Origin: Propionibacteriaceae bacterium
Lineage (GTDB): Bacteria; Actinomycetota; Actinomycetes; Propionibacteriales; Propionibacteriaceae
Length of the DNA stretch: 32,000 nt
Reading direction: 5' to 3'
NCBI GenBank assembly: GCA_031256725.1
Contig: JAIRQE010000006.1
Coordinates: forward strand, 1-32,000
Below are positions 16,371 to 28,836 of the stretch, piece by piece. The position numbers and the translations under genes were made by a program. Positions within the stretch are counted from its first letter, which is position 1. Every line of letters starts with the position of its first letter. The notes under the pieces were generated by a model. That model did no database searches, had not been told where the DNA came from, and was given only the letters and a program-made list of their open reading frames with translations.

Positions 16371-17139
16371 CATCACCACGACAAGTTTGAAGCTCGCTCG
16401 TCGTCTCCGGAATAGAAAGTTCCGGAGTACGGCGGGCGAATTTCTTGTCGAGGGTGCCCAGGCAGTACGTGAAGCCGTAGTCAGTGGACATGCCAAGAGA
16501 GTTCTCGCATCATCCCACGCTGCCAAACAATTCCCTGACCTCGTAGCCCTAGGTCACGAGAATCTCACCCCCAGGCAGGTCTCAGATCTGGCAGAAACGG
16601 TCACCCCTCAGGGGATCTTTGCGATTTGTACAACCCCAGCCTTCACCATGGACGATGTCTTTACCCCCACAGCCCACCTCGTCGTGATCTGCTCCCAGAT
16701 CCGCGACCCAGGTAATCTGGGAACAGTCATCCGCTGTGCTGATGCTTTCGGAGCCGATGGGGTGATCCTGACTACAGGTTCTGTTGACCCCACCAATCCC
16801 AAAACAGTACGCGCCTCAGTCGGGTCGATCTTTCATCTCCCCATTGTCACAGGAGTCGACCTAGACGAAGCAATAGTACGAGCCCGAGCATCCTCATTCT
16901 CGGTCTTTGCCGCAGATGGTATTGGAGAGGATCTGAATGCAATCGCAACCCAAGGTGGATTGGATGGAAAGATTGCATGGATCATGGGTAATGAAGCCTG
17001 GGGGTTACCCCATGAGAAAAGTCTGGCAGACCAGGTAGTAAAAATCCCCATGTGGGGCAAGGCAGAGAGTTTGAATCTCTCCACAGCCGCAGCTGTGTGC
17101 TTGTACATAACGGCGAGTCGTCAGCGTGGAGCCGTCTAG
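16360..17139 (+). CDS. TrmH/SpoU-family RNA 2'-O-methyltransferase
   Basis: 259 aa from the ATG at 16360, overlapping the rplT stop by 11 nt. SpoU motifs: [38 protein letters not shown]. Its position after rplT matches the tsnR-like gene of other actinobacteria. Confidence 0.88.
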   Translation: MSNDITTTSLKLARRLRNRKFRSTAGEFLVEGAQAVREAVVSGHAKRVLASSHAAKQFPDLVALGHENLTPRQVSDLAETVTPQGIFAICTTPAFTMDDVFTPTAHLVVICSQIRDPGNLGTVIRCADAFGADGVILTTGSVDPTNPKTVRASVGSIFHLPIVTGVDLDEAIVRARASSFSVFAADGIGEDLNAIATQGGLDGKIAWIMGNEAWGLPHEKSLADQVVKIPMWGKAESLNLSTAAAVCLYITASRQRGAV

Positions 17140-17162
17140 GCTGAGGGATCGGAAGGACAACA

Positions 17163-18233
17163 ATGAGTGATAAGACTGAATTAGGTCGTCTGGTAGCTGA
17201 GGCCCAAGCCTCGTTTGAGACAGCCTCAACAATGGATGAGTTGCGTGCGGCCAAGGTCGCCCATGTTGGGGACAATTCCCCCATTGCTCTAGCCAACAGG
17301 GGGATTGCGGATCTCCCCAAGGAGGATCGCAAGGAGGCTGGTCAAGCCATTGGAGCTGCGCGAGGTGCGATTTCAGCAGCCCTGGCTCAGCGTGAAGCTG
17401 CACTTGAAGTGGTGGAAATGGAGGCTCGTCTTATTGCAGAGTCCGTTGATGTCACTCTTCCCGTTTCGATGAGGCCCCAAGGTGGACTCCATCCGGTCAC
17501 GGGGCTCTTTTATGAGATGTGTGATGTCTTCGTGGCCATGGGATGGGAGATCGCTGAGGGTCCTGAGGCTGAGGCCGAGTGGATGAACTTCGATGCTCTC
17601 AACTTCACCCCAGATCATCCTTCACGGTTCATGTCCGACACCTTGTTCCTGGATCCTCCTCAAAATCACAAGATCTTGCGTACACATACTTCACCGGTTC
17701 AGATGCGTACCCTTCTCACCCGCGACCTGCCGGTGTACATCGTAGTCCCAGGTAAGACCTATCGCGCTGATGAGTATGACGCGACCCACCTGCCAGTCTT
17801 CCATCAGCTTGAAGGTCTCGCTGTTGACAAGGGACTGGGAATGGCCGAGTTGAAGGGTACCCTCGATCACCTTGCCAAGTCGATGTTTGGGTCCGATACG
17901 AAGACGAGGTTGCGCCCCCATTATTTCCCGTTCACTGAGCCCTCAGCAGAGATTGATCTGGCATGTTTCAAGTGTCATGGCGAGTCTGTGGGTAACCCAG
18001 ATCGGGCTTGCCGTACCTGTCGATCCGAAGGTTGGATCGAATGGGGCGGATGCGGTGTGGTCAACCCGCGTGTGTTGGCCGCCGCCGGTATTGATACAGA
18101 TGTCTACTCAGGTTTCGCCTTCGGAATGGGAGTTGACCGTACGGTCATGTTCCGCAATGGCGCCTCAGATCTGAGGGATTTCGCAGAAGGCGACGTGAGA
18201 TTTTCGCGCCAATTGGTAGGAGTTGCCCGATGA
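17163..18233 (+). CDS. pheS: Phenylalanine--tRNA ligase alpha subunit
   Basis: 356 aa. Class II aaRS motifs (HPVT..., LRTHTSPVQ, FPFTEPSAE, GFAFGMGVDR). Confidence 0.97.
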   Translation: MSDKTELGRLVAEAQASFETASTMDELRAAKVAHVGDNSPIALANRGIADLPKEDRKEAGQAIGAARGAISAALAQREAALEVVEMEARLIAESVDVTLPVSMRPQGGLHPVTGLFYEMCDVFVAMGWEIAEGPEAEAEWMNFDALNFTPDHPSRFMSDTLFLDPPQNHKILRTHTSPVQMRTLLTRDLPVYIVVPGKTYRADEYDATHLPVFHQLEGLAVDKGLGMAELKGTLDHLAKSMFGSDTKTRLRPHYFPFTEPSAEIDLACFKCHGESVGNPDRACRTCRSEGWIEWGGCGVVNPRVLAAAGIDTDVYSGFAFGMGVDRTVMFRNGASDLRDFAEGDVRFSRQLVGVAR

Positions 18234-20725
18234 GAGCATCATACGAATGGATTAACGCACATGCGGTTTTGTTTGCCGACGTGGTTCCTCTTGCGGAGGC
18301 ATTTACTCAAGCAGGACTCCTTGTTGAGCAGATTGATGATCCGTCCCAGGCTATTACTGGCAAGGTCGTCGTCGGTCGTGTGGTCGAATGTGTGGAGGAA
18401 CCACAAAAGAATGGCAAGACCATCAGGTGGTGCCAGGTCGACTGTGGTGACTATAATCCCGAAGGCCAGCCAACTCGTGGGGTGATCTGTGGTGCCCCCA
18501 ATGTATGCGTTGATGCTTATGTTCCTGTTGTTCTTCCAGGCAGTGTTCTTCCTGGTGGTTTCGAGATTGTTTCGCGTAAAACCTATGGTCACATCTCGGA
18601 TGGAATGATCTGTGCTGAAGATGAACTAGGTATTGGTGATGACCATTCTGGAATCATCATCTTCGATCCTTGTCTCAACCCTCAAGTGGGTTCCGATGCT
18701 CTTGAATTGCTGGGTGCCAAGGATCCGGTTTATGAGATTGATGTGACTCCAGACACGGGCTATTGCCTGTCTATTCGTGGTTTGGCTCGTGAGGCTGCCC
18801 AGGTTACAGGTGGGGTCTTCAATGATCCTTATGACACTCCAGTTCCGGACACTGTGAGCGATGGCTATCCAGTGGTCTTGGACAGTGAGGATTGTGTACT
18901 CTTTGTCGCGATCTCGGTTGGTGGCGTCGATCCGGATGCTCCAACGCCTGAATGGATGGTACGACGACTCAAAGCGGTGGGCGTACGTTCTATCTCTTTG
19001 GCTGTCGACATCACAAACTATGTCATGATGGAATCAGGCCAGCCCTTGCATGCCTATGACCAGACAACTCTTCAAGGTCCGATTAGGGTTCGCAAAGCCA
19101 CTGAAGGTGAGAAGATCACCACCCTCGATCACGTTGATCGGGTGCTATCCAAGGATGATCTGCTCATCACTGACGATTCAGGACCCATTGGTCTTGCAGG
19201 TGTCATGGGTGGCCTGACAACGGAACTCACGCAGACTTCAACTGAGATTCTTATTGAGGCGGCCTGGTTCAACCCAGCTTCAGTGGGACGTACCTATCGT
19301 CGCCACTATCTTCCCTCAGAGGCGTCACGTCGATTCGAGAGAGGAGTGGATGCTGGTGTGGCCTATGCGGCTGCCATGAAAGCGGCTGAACTCTTGCGTG
19401 ACCTGGGGGGAGGTACTATCTCTTCCAAGATCACCGTCGCTGGTTCTCCGCGAACAATGCCAACCATCTCGTTCCCCGATTGGACTCTTCCTGGAAGGAT
19501 CCTTGGGATAGATCTCACCAAGGAGAAGGTGATTGAAATCCTAGAGGCATCTGGTGTCAGCGTTGTACCTGACAAGGATGGATGGATTCTGACTCCACCC
19601 ACATGGCGCCCCGACCTGGTTGATCCCTATGACTATATTGAGGAGGTTGGTCGAAAGATCGGCTTTGGAGTCATTGAGCCTCGTATTCCGTCGGCACCTC
19701 TGGGTCGCGGTTACACCCGGGCCCAGAAGGCGAGGCGTGCTGTTCTTGAGGCCGTGGCTGCGGCTGGGTTCGCTGAGACCATTCCGCTTCCTTTCATCAG
19801 TGGCAGTGATCTTGATCGGATGGACATCACTGCCGATGACGAACGTAGAGCCTTGGTACGGATCGCAAATCCTTTGTCTGAGGAGCAGCCTTATCTGCGC
19901 TCCACTCTCTTGCCCGGACTCTTTACAGCAGTCAACAGGAATACCTCACGTAGTTTGAGTGACCTTGCTCTCTTCGATTGTGGTTTGATCTTCAGAGATA
20001 CCAACACAGGACCTGCACTCATGCCTGATGTGTCAACGAGGCCAAGTCAAGAAGAGGTGGAGCAGTTGTTTGCTCGTCTGCCTCATCAGCCTCGTCATCT
20101 CGGTGGTGTTCTCACAGGTGAATGGCTTCCTGCCAATGATCGTCATCCAGGCGAGCCTGCTACATGGGTACATGCAATCTATCTTGCCGAGATAGCTTCT
20201 TTAGCTCTGGGGACAACCATGGTTCGCCGCAAGGCTCTCAAGGCTCCCTGGCATCCTGGTCGTTGCGCTGAATTGGGTGTTATGAAAGATGGTGAGTTTG
20301 TCACTATCGGATGGGCAGGGGAGATTCATCCGAAGATTGTTCAAGAGTGGAATCTTCCTGCCAGAGCGTGTGCAGTCGAAATTGATTTGGATGCCCTCAT
20401 CGAACTGGCGCCTAGTACAGGCCAGATCACTCCACTGTCCAAGCATCCGGCCACCAAGCAGGATCTTGCCTTGGTTGTTGATGAGGGGGTACCCTCTGCA
20501 ACGGTTTTGGAGGCATTGCGTGAGGGTGCAGGTGAACTGCTGGAATCCATAGCTCTATTCGATGTATTCATGGGTACTCAAGTCGGTGTGGGGAAGAAGT
20601 CTCTTGCCTTTAACCTCATTTTCAGGGCCCAGGATCGTACACTTACTGAAGCTGAAGCCAGTGCTGCTCGTGATGCTGCAGTGGCTGAAGCCGGACGTCA
20701 GGTGGGTGCTGTTATCCGCTCGTAA
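18230..20725 (+). CDS. pheT: Phenylalanine--tRNA ligase beta subunit
   Basis: 831 aa. ATGA overlap with pheS. tRNA-binding domain, B3/4, B5 and C-terminal FDX-ACB-like region (LAFNLIFRAQDRTLT). Confidence 0.97.
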   Translation: MRASYEWINAHAVLFADVVPLAEAFTQAGLLVEQIDDPSQAITGKVVVGRVVECVEEPQKNGKTIRWCQVDCGDYNPEGQPTRGVICGAPNVCVDAYVPVVLPGSVLPGGFEIVSRKTYGHISDGMICAEDELGIGDDHSGIIIFDPCLNPQVGSDALELLGAKDPVYEIDVTPDTGYCLSIRGLAREAAQVTGGVFNDPYDTPVPDTVSDGYPVVLDSEDCVLFVAISVGGVDPDAPTPEWMVRRLKAVGVRSISLAVDITNYVMMESGQPLHAYDQTTLQGPIRVRKATEGEKITTLDHVDRVLSKDDLLITDDSGPIGLAGVMGGLTTELTQTSTEILIEAAWFNPASVGRTYRRHYLPSEASRRFERGVDAGVAYAAAMKAAELLRDLGGGTISSKITVAGSPRTMPTISFPDWTLPGRILGIDLTKEKVIEILEASGVSVVPDKDGWILTPPTWRPDLVDPYDYIEEVGRKIGFGVIEPRIPSAPLGRGYTRAQKARRAVLEAVAAAGFAETIPLPFISGSDLDRMDITADDERRALVRIANPLSEEQPYLRSTLLPGLFTAVNRNTSRSLSDLALFDCGLIFRDTNTGPALMPDVSTRPSQEEVEQLFARLPHQPRHLGGVLTGEWLPANDRHPGEPATWVHAIYLAEIASLALGTTMVRRKALKAPWHPGRCAELGVMKDGEFVTIGWAGEIHPKIVQEWNLPARACAVEIDLDALIELAPSTGQITPLSKHPATKQDLALVVDEGVPSATVLEALREGAGELLESIALFDVFMGTQVGVGKKSLAFNLIFRAQDRTLTEAEASAARDAAVAEAGRQVGAVIRS

Positions 20726-20739
20726 ACCCCAGACAGAGT

Positions 20740-20773
20740 TGCATATCTATGCCGTTTATGGCATAGTTATGCC
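20740..20773. promoter_or_regulatory. Two tandem palindromic ARG-box-like sites (candidate ArgR operator) ending 2 nt before the argC start codon
   Basis: tGCATA-tc-TATGCc (20740-20753) and GGCATA-gt-TATGCC (20760-20773). The second is a perfect 6-bp inverted repeat. Centres are 20 bp apart. Cores fit a TGCAT-N4-ATGCA-type actinobacterial ARG box. argR is encoded in the same cluster. Confidence 0.6.
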
Positions 20774-20775
20774 TC

Positions 20776-21807
20776 ATGGGATATAAGGCAGCAGTTGTCG
20801 GTTGTACCGGCTATGTTGGGGGAGAACTCTTGCGACTCCTCAATAATCACACACGGGTCTCAATAGGAGCCATCACGGCTCACTCCAATGCGGGTGTACG
20901 ACTGGGGGATGTCCAACCGCACCTATCCTCCATAGCTGACGTGATAGTCAAAGACACTACTATTGAGAACCTCGAAGAACATGACGTCATCTTCCTTGCC
21001 CTCCCTCACGGTGCATCGGCTGAGCTTGCTGCCCAGATTGATCCCGATGTACTTGTGATTGATTGTGGGGCTGACTTCCGGTTGGCGAGTACCCAGGATT
21101 GGGAGAAGTACTATGGCACCCCCCATGCTGGTACCTGGCCCTATGGTCTCCCCGAATTACCTGGTCAGCGCGCTATCCTGTCCGAGGCTCGAAGGATTGC
21201 AGTACCCGGCTGCTACCCAACGGCATCCACACTTGGCCTAGCTCCGGCGGTCGTGAATAATCTCGTTGACTCCAGTGATCTGGTGATCGTGGCAGCCTCT
21301 GGTACCTCTGGAGCCGGAAAAGCTCTCAAGCCTAATCTCCTTGGATCAGAGATCATGGGTTCCGCCGCTGCCTATTCGGTTGGAGGCGTTCATCGTCATG
21401 TTCCAGAGATTTTGCAAAATCTGAGGGGTCTTGGAGCCACGGACCCCACATTGAGTTTCACTCCCATCTTGGTGCCCATGCCCCGGGGGATCCTCGCCAC
21501 CTGTACTGCGTCCATTCGAGCAGGAATCACTGAAGACGAGGTACGAAAGGCCTACTCAGACTTCTATCAGGATGAGCCATTCGTGACTCTTCTTCCCGAG
21601 GGGCAGTGGCCAACCACCGCAGCAGTCCTAGGGTCCAATTCGGTGCTAATCCAGTTTGGTCTCGACTCCGAGGCGGGAAGACTGACCATCATTTCAGCTA
21701 TTGATAATCTGACCAAGGGTACTGCTGGTGGTGCCATCCAATCCATGAATCTAGCCCTCGGTTTTCCCGAAACTGAAGGATTGCCTATGAATGGAGTAGC
21801 GCCATGA
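20776..21807 (+). CDS. argC: N-acetyl-gamma-glutamyl-phosphate reductase
   Basis: 343 aa. GCTGYVGGELLRLL NAD(P)-binding N-terminus and catalytic Cys context VPGCYPTA. No SD upstream. Confidence 0.95.
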   Translation: MGYKAAVVGCTGYVGGELLRLLNNHTRVSIGAITAHSNAGVRLGDVQPHLSSIADVIVKDTTIENLEEHDVIFLALPHGASAELAAQIDPDVLVIDCGADFRLASTQDWEKYYGTPHAGTWPYGLPELPGQRAILSEARRIAVPGCYPTASTLGLAPAVVNNLVDSSDLVIVAASGTSGAGKALKPNLLGSEIMGSAAAYSVGGVHRHVPEILQNLRGLGATDPTLSFTPILVPMPRGILATCTASIRAGITEDEVRKAYSDFYQDEPFVTLLPEGQWPTTAAVLGSNSVLIQFGLDSEAGRLTIISAIDNLTKGTAGGAIQSMNLALGFPETEGLPMNGVAP

Positions 21808-22976
21808 TCATTGATACAACTCAGGGAGTGACCCTGGCTCAAGGCTTTCTTGCTAGTGGGGTGAGTGCAGGACTCAAATCTTCAGGAAAGAAAGACCTGG
21901 CACTGGTTGTCTCACAGGGTCCTGGTAATGTCCAGGCCGCAGTGTTTACAACCAACCGCTTTCCAGCAGCACCTGTGGAATGGTCAATGTATGCCACAGG
22001 GCGTGGTGGTTTACGCGCAGTCGTCCTCAACTCTGGGGGTGCTAACGCGTGTACCGGAGAACAAGGTGCTTATGACGCACAGGACATGGCCGATAAGGTT
22101 GCCACACTCATTGGATGCCAGCACGACGAGGTAGCAGTGTGTTCAACCGGATTGATCGGTGTACATCTGCCCATGGGCAAGGTCCTCAGCGGAATCGAGT
22201 CGGCGTACGACAGCCTTTCGCCTGAGGGAGGATCTGATGCTGCACATGCAATCATGACTACGGATACTGTAGCCAAGCAAGCCTGTTATACATCTGATGA
22301 TGGCTGGGTACTGGGAGGAATGGCTAAGGGAGCTGGGATGTTGGCTCCTGGACTAGCAACAATGTTAGTTGTACTCACCACTGATGCTAAAGCAACTTCC
22401 CAATTAGCCAATTCTGCATTACGACAGGCCACTCGATTCAGCTTTGATCGCGCCGATTCAGATGGATGTATGTCCACCAATGACACAGTTATCCTCATGG
22501 CGAATGGGGCTAGCGGAGTTATTCCTGATCCAGATGAATTCGCTCAAGCAGTTCTTGAAGTGTGCATCAGCTTAGCGAAGCAACTGATCGCCGATGCCGA
22601 GGGTGCAGAACACGCCATTACAGTGACTGTCCGTGAGGCTTATTCAGAAAAAGATGCGCTAGAGGTTGCTCGTGCAATTTCCAGATCCAATCTTTTCAAG
22701 TGTGCGATCGCAGGAAATGACCCCAATTGGGGCAGAGTACTCGCCTCAGTGGGGACAACCCAAGCACGGTTCCACCCGGAGAATGTGGATGTCTACTTCA
22801 ATGGAGTAGGGGTCTTCCTTGACGGTGCTCCTGGTGTTCCTCGCGATCAAGTCAACCTCACGGATTTTGATGTCCATGTTGAGGTGGTTCTTCATGCAGG
22901 TGACCAGGAAGCCACCATTTGGACCAATGATCTCACCCATGGTTATGTCTCAGAGAATGCGGATTACCCAACATGA
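21804..22976 (+). CDS. argJ: Bifunctional ornithine acetyltransferase / N-acetylglutamate synthase
   Basis: 390 aa. Autoprocessing site context [17 protein letters not shown] overlap with argC. Confidence 0.95.
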   Translation: MIIDTTQGVTLAQGFLASGVSAGLKSSGKKDLALVVSQGPGNVQAAVFTTNRFPAAPVEWSMYATGRGGLRAVVLNSGGANACTGEQGAYDAQDMADKVATLIGCQHDEVAVCSTGLIGVHLPMGKVLSGIESAYDSLSPEGGSDAAHAIMTTDTVAKQACYTSDDGWVLGGMAKGAGMLAPGLATMLVVLTTDAKATSQLANSALRQATRFSFDRADSDGCMSTNDTVILMANGASGVIPDPDEFAQAVLEVCISLAKQLIADAEGAEHAITVTVREAYSEKDALEVARAISRSNLFKCAIAGNDPNWGRVLASVGTTQARFHPENVDVYFNGVGVFLDGAPGVPRDQVNLTDFDVHVEVVLHAGDQEATIWTNDLTHGYVSENADYPT

Positions 22977-23845
22977 AAAAAGAAGATTTAGTCGCAAAGG
23001 CAGCAACCCTTGTGGAGGCCCTGCCATGGATAGAAAAGTACACAGGACAGATCCTCGTCGTGAAGTACGGCGGAAATGCGATGATTGACGAAACCCTCCA
23101 AAAAGCCTTCGCAGATGACGTAGTATTCCTGCGGCGAGCAGGAGTGAAAGTCGTCGTCGTCCATGGTGGCGGTCCACAGATCACTGAGATGCTCACTCGG
23201 TTGGGTATTGATTCCTCCTTCGTCTCCGGGCGGCGCATCACCACACCAGAGGCCGTTGAAGTTGTACGGATGGTACTCGTTGGTCAGGTGGGTCGCCGGA
23301 TAGTGAACCTGATTAATTCCCATGGACCTCTTGCAGTGGGGATGTCTGGTGAGGATGCCAGTCTGTTCACAGCCATTAAAGCCAGTGTTGAAGTGGATGG
23401 TACAGACCTTGATCTTGGGCTCGTCGGTGAAGTAGATCAGGTGAATCCGAGTGCGCTGATCGACATCATTGAGGCAGGTAGGATCCCAGTTGTGGCCACC
23501 GTTGCCCCTGATGAGGAGGGTACTGTCTACAACGTCAATGCTGATACTGCCGCTGCCGCTCTAGCGATCGCATTGGGGGCCAAGGGCCTGGTTATGTTGA
23601 CTGATGTTGCAGGACTGTATGCTGACTGGCCTGAATGCGAGCGGATCATCCCCTTCATTGATATTGAGGAGTTGAGAGCACTTCTGCCGAGTTTAGATTC
23701 GGGAATGAGACCCAAGATGGAGGCCTGTGCTGAGTCCATCCGTGGCGGAGTCGACAGAGCCGCTGTTATCGACGGACGGGTTGAACACGCCCTTCTCCTC
23801 GAGCTTCTGACTGATTATGGCATAGGAACAATGGTGACCAAATGA
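22973..23845 (+). CDS. argB: Acetylglutamate kinase
   Basis: 290 aa. VVKYGGNAM and [10 protein letters not shown] motifs. ATGA overlap with argJ. Confidence 0.95.
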   Translation: MKKEDLVAKAATLVEALPWIEKYTGQILVVKYGGNAMIDETLQKAFADDVVFLRRAGVKVVVVHGGGPQITEMLTRLGIDSSFVSGRRITTPEAVEVVRMVLVGQVGRRIVNLINSHGPLAVGMSGEDASLFTAIKASVEVDGTDLDLGLVGEVDQVNPSALIDIIEAGRIPVVATVAPDEEGTVYNVNADTAAAALAIALGAKGLVMLTDVAGLYADWPECERIIPFIDIEELRALLPSLDSGMRPKMEACAESIRGGVDRAAVIDGRVEHALLLELLTDYGIGTMVTK

Positions 23846-24991
23846 GTACCCTTGATCGCTATTCATCAACACTGATGAAGACTTATCCTCAACCTGAGAT
23901 AGTACTTACTAGGGGTGAGGGGGTCTATCTTTGGGATGATTCAGGAAAGAAGTACCTTGACCTTCTCGCAGGTATTGCATGTGCAGGATTGGGGCACGCT
24001 CATCCACGGGTCGCTGACGCGTTGGCTGACCAGGCTCGTAGGGTGGGGATAGTCTCCAATTTCTTCGCAACCCCTCCCCAGGTGGAGCTTGCTGAGAAGC
24101 TGACAGGTCTTCTAGGTCACCATTCCCGGGTCTTCTTTACAAACTCTGGTACTGAGGCCAATGAAGCGGCACTCAAACTGACTCGACTCACAGGAAGAAC
24201 CAAGATCGTTGCTGCAGAGGATTCCTTCCACGGACGTACCATGGGTGCTCTCTCGCTCACCTGGACACCGAAATACCGGGAACCCTTTGAACCCCTGCTT
24301 GGCGAAGTGACATGGATTCCCTATGGGGATCTTGAGGCCCTTGAGAATGCTGTTGATGACACTACGGCTGCCATAGTTTTGGAGCCCATCCAAGGCGAAG
24401 CTGGGATCATCCTCCCTCCTGAGGGATATCTGGCTCACGCTCGTAGGATCGCGGATAATCACGGTGCGCTTCTGTGGCTTGATGAGGTACAAACGGGCAT
24501 GGGGCGTACTGGTGCATGGTTTGCTCATACACGAGAGGGGATCGTACCCGATATCGTAACGCTGGCGAAGGCTCTTGGAAATGGGTTCCCTATCGGAGCA
24601 GTCCTGGCAACTGGTACAACTGCAGAATTATTCACACCAGGTCTGCACGGCACCACGTACGGTGGGAACCCTCTCGCATGTCGGGTGGGGTTGACCGTAC
24701 TTGAGGAAATAGAACCCCTCTTGGACCATGTTGCAACCCTGGGTGACTGGCTCATGGACAACCTTCGTAGCCTGCCCGAGGTTGAATCGGTACGGGGTCG
24801 TGGCCTTGCCATCGGAGTCTGTTTATCCTCTCCCATTGCCACTGCAATGGTGAAGGCTGCCCGAGACCATGGGATCATCATGAATGCGCCAAGACCTGAT
24901 GTTGTCCGTCTTGTACCTCCGCTTGTACTCACCCAAGATGAGGTAGCCCCACTATTAGAACTGTGGCCAATCCTTGTCAAAGAGGCTCGCA

Positions 24992-24999
<8 letters not shown>
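23842..24999 (+). CDS. argD: Acetylornithine aminotransferase (class III PLP)
   Basis: 385 aa. [28 protein letters not shown] and PLP-lysine context [18 protein letters not shown] overlap with argB. Confidence 0.93.
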
Positions 25000-26879
<1,880 letters not shown>

Positions 26880-26909
26880 CACAGGTGTGGTTCGGTAAAG
26901 TTGTGCCTT

Positions 26910-28166
26910 ATGAGTCTGTTTGATGATCTTTCGTGGAGAGGGCTGATTGCCCATAGTACCGACCCTGAGGCACTGAAGCATGACCTCGATTGCAATAAGA
27001 TCAGTTTCTATGTGGGTTTCGATCCCACAGCGCCCAGCCTCCATATGGGTAATCTCTTGCAACTCATCCTGGTACGCCGATTCCAAGCAGCAGGGCATTC
27101 CCCAATCTTGTTGGTTGGTGGATCCACAGGTCTGATCGGCGATCCTCGCCAGTCCTCGGAGCGCAACCTGAACCCATTGGAGACTGTACATGGATGGCTT
27201 GAGAGAATCCGTTCACAGGTTTCCCGCTTTGTGAGCTTCGAGGGGGATAATCCTGCGATCATCGTTAACAACTATGACTGGACCCATTCGCTCAGTACCT
27301 TAGATTTCTTGCGTGACATCGGGAAGCACTTCTCCATCAACCGTATGCTTGATCGTGAAGTTGTGAAGAACCGGCTAGAATCCGGGATCTCGTACACCGA
27401 GTTCTCCTATGTCTTGCTTCAGTCTCTCGACTTCCTGGAACTCCACCGTCGTCATGGGGTAGTACTCCAAACAGGTGGCTCGGATCAGTGGGGAAATATC
27501 ACTGCCGGTGTCGACCTGATTCGCCGTGTCACTGGCAATAAGGTACACGCGCTCGCGACTCCTTTGGTTGTGAAAGCCGATGGTACGAAGTATGGCAAGA
27601 CCGAATCGGGTACCCTCTGGCTCGATGAGGAGATGACTTCTCCCTATGCCTTCCATCAGTTCTTCTTGAATGCCGAGGATTCTATGGTTGGTGGGTACTT
27701 GAGACTCTTTACTGATCGCAGCCACGAAGAGATTGAGGACCTAGAGAGACAGACTGTTGAGTCTGCCCATCTGAGGGCTGCACAGCGAGCCCTTGCTGAT
27801 GATCTCACTGATCTTGTTCACTCTGTTGCTCAACGTGAGGCAGCTACACAGGCAGCTCAAGCAATCTTCGGGCAGGGTGCTCTTGCTGATTTAGATCTTT
27901 CCACTCTTGAAGCAGTGACCAGGGAGTTGCCTGGAACCTCCTGGGAGCGTTTGGAGGGGCGTACGGTGATGGATGCTCTCGCAGAGTCTCAGATCTTCGA
28001 TTCTCGTGCAGCGGTCAAAAGGGCCGTGAAAGAGGGCGGGGCTTACCTGAACAATGAGAGGGTTGTGGACCTGGATCGAGTCTTGGGTGATGAGGACCTC
28101 ATGGGAGGTCGAGTCATGATCATTCGCCGTGGGAAAAAGACCCTTGGTGCAGTCAAGATTGGCTGA
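26910..28166 (+). CDS. tyrS: Tyrosine--tRNA ligase
   Basis: 418 aa from the ATG at 26910. HIGH-type motif PSLHMGNL, KMSKS-type KYGKTESG, and a C-terminal S4 domain (GGAYLNNERV). Confidence 0.95.
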   Translation: MSLFDDLSWRGLIAHSTDPEALKHDLDCNKISFYVGFDPTAPSLHMGNLLQLILVRRFQAAGHSPILLVGGSTGLIGDPRQSSERNLNPLETVHGWLERIRSQVSRFVSFEGDNPAIIVNNYDWTHSLSTLDFLRDIGKHFSINRMLDREVVKNRLESGISYTEFSYVLLQSLDFLELHRRHGVVLQTGGSDQWGNITAGVDLIRRVTGNKVHALATPLVVKADGTKYGKTESGTLWLDEEMTSPYAFHQFFLNAEDSMVGGYLRLFTDRSHEEIEDLERQTVESAHLRAAQRALADDLTDLVHSVAQREAATQAAQAIFGQGALADLDLSTLEAVTRELPGTSWERLEGRTVMDALAESQIFDSRAAVKRAVKEGGAYLNNERVVDLDRVLGDEDLMGGRVMIIRRGKKTLGAVKIG

Positions 28167-28167
28167 T

Positions 28168-28201
28168 CTGTACGGAAAAGGCCAACTGAGGCCATGTACA
28201 G
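28168..28201 (+). other. Two-tier hairpin immediately after the tyrS stop (no U-tract)
   Basis: Outer arms ctgtac / gtacag (28168-28173 and 28196-28201). Inner self-complementary ggcc...ggcc. Followed by ggtagaatt, which is not U-rich. Confidence 0.3.
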
Positions 28202-28234
28202 GGTAGAATTGAATCATCGAAGGAAGGAGGAGCC

Positions 28235-28606
28235 GTGGGACTCACTGAAGCAGAACGCAAGCTCTTGGACGAACTTGAGGCCACACTGATTTCTGAAGAC
28301 CCCAAGTTGGTCTCGAAATTTGCTCAGCCCCATCGTCGAATCCATCCCACCAAGGCTGTTGTTGGGGTTATCGGATTCCTTCTCGGTCTTCTCGGTCTTG
28401 TTGTGGGGATGAGTTCCTTCTGGTGGATCTCTGTTCTTGGATTTGTGGTGATGCTGGTCTCGGCTGTTGTTGTCGTCTCGGGCTGGTCGAGGATGCCAGG
28501 GGAACTACCGTCTTCATCCGCACGGGTCCCATCGGATCCGAATCGTGAGAGTTTCATGGATATGATGGCTCGGCGCTGGAATGAGCGCAGAGACGAAATG
28601 GGATAA
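28235..28606 (+). CDS. DUF3040-family small membrane protein
   Basis: 123 aa. GTG start after GAAGGAAGGAGG. N-terminus GLTEAERKLLDELEATLISEDPKL followed by two TM helices, the typical DUF3040 architecture. Confidence 0.8.
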   Translation: MGLTEAERKLLDELEATLISEDPKLVSKFAQPHRRIHPTKAVVGVIGFLLGLLGLVVGMSSFWWISVLGFVVMLVSAVVVVSGWSRMPGELPSSSARVPSDPNRESFMDMMARRWNERRDEMG

Positions 28607-28625
28607 TCCACTCTCTCATTATTAT

Positions 28626-28661
28626 GATGCCTGCCAGGATCTGGTGGGCATCTTTTTATTT
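28626..28661 (+). terminator. Rho-independent terminator after the DUF3040 gene
   Basis: 12-bp stem gatgcctgccag / ctggtgggcatc (10 Watson-Crick pairs plus 2 G.U), loop gat, followed by tttttattt. Starts 20 nt after the stop codon. Confidence 0.8.
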
Positions 28662-28702
28662 CCTGAACTCGCGGCTACCAATAATTTGCCCAGAAAACAT
28701 CC

Positions 28703-28783
28703 AAAGTGGGTGAAAAGTCCCCATGTGTGGGATATTTGGGTAGATGGTGGGGGAAAGTGGGTCTATACTAATATTCTGTGGGG
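28703..28783 (+). promoter_or_regulatory. Phased array of (G/T)TGGG direct repeats upstream of mraZ (candidate MraZ operator / dcw promoter region)
   Basis: TGGG starts at 28707, 28728, 28737, 28748, 28758 and 28779, giving spacings of 21, 9, 11, 10 and 21 nt. The 9-mer AAAGTGGGT occurs twice (28703-28711 and 28754-28762). -10-like tatact/taatat lie at 28764-28774. Confidence 0.55.
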
Positions 28784-28836
28784 GATGATCCCTGCTATAG
28801 GTATAGCACTGCATTCTTCAGGAGACGAGGTGAATC

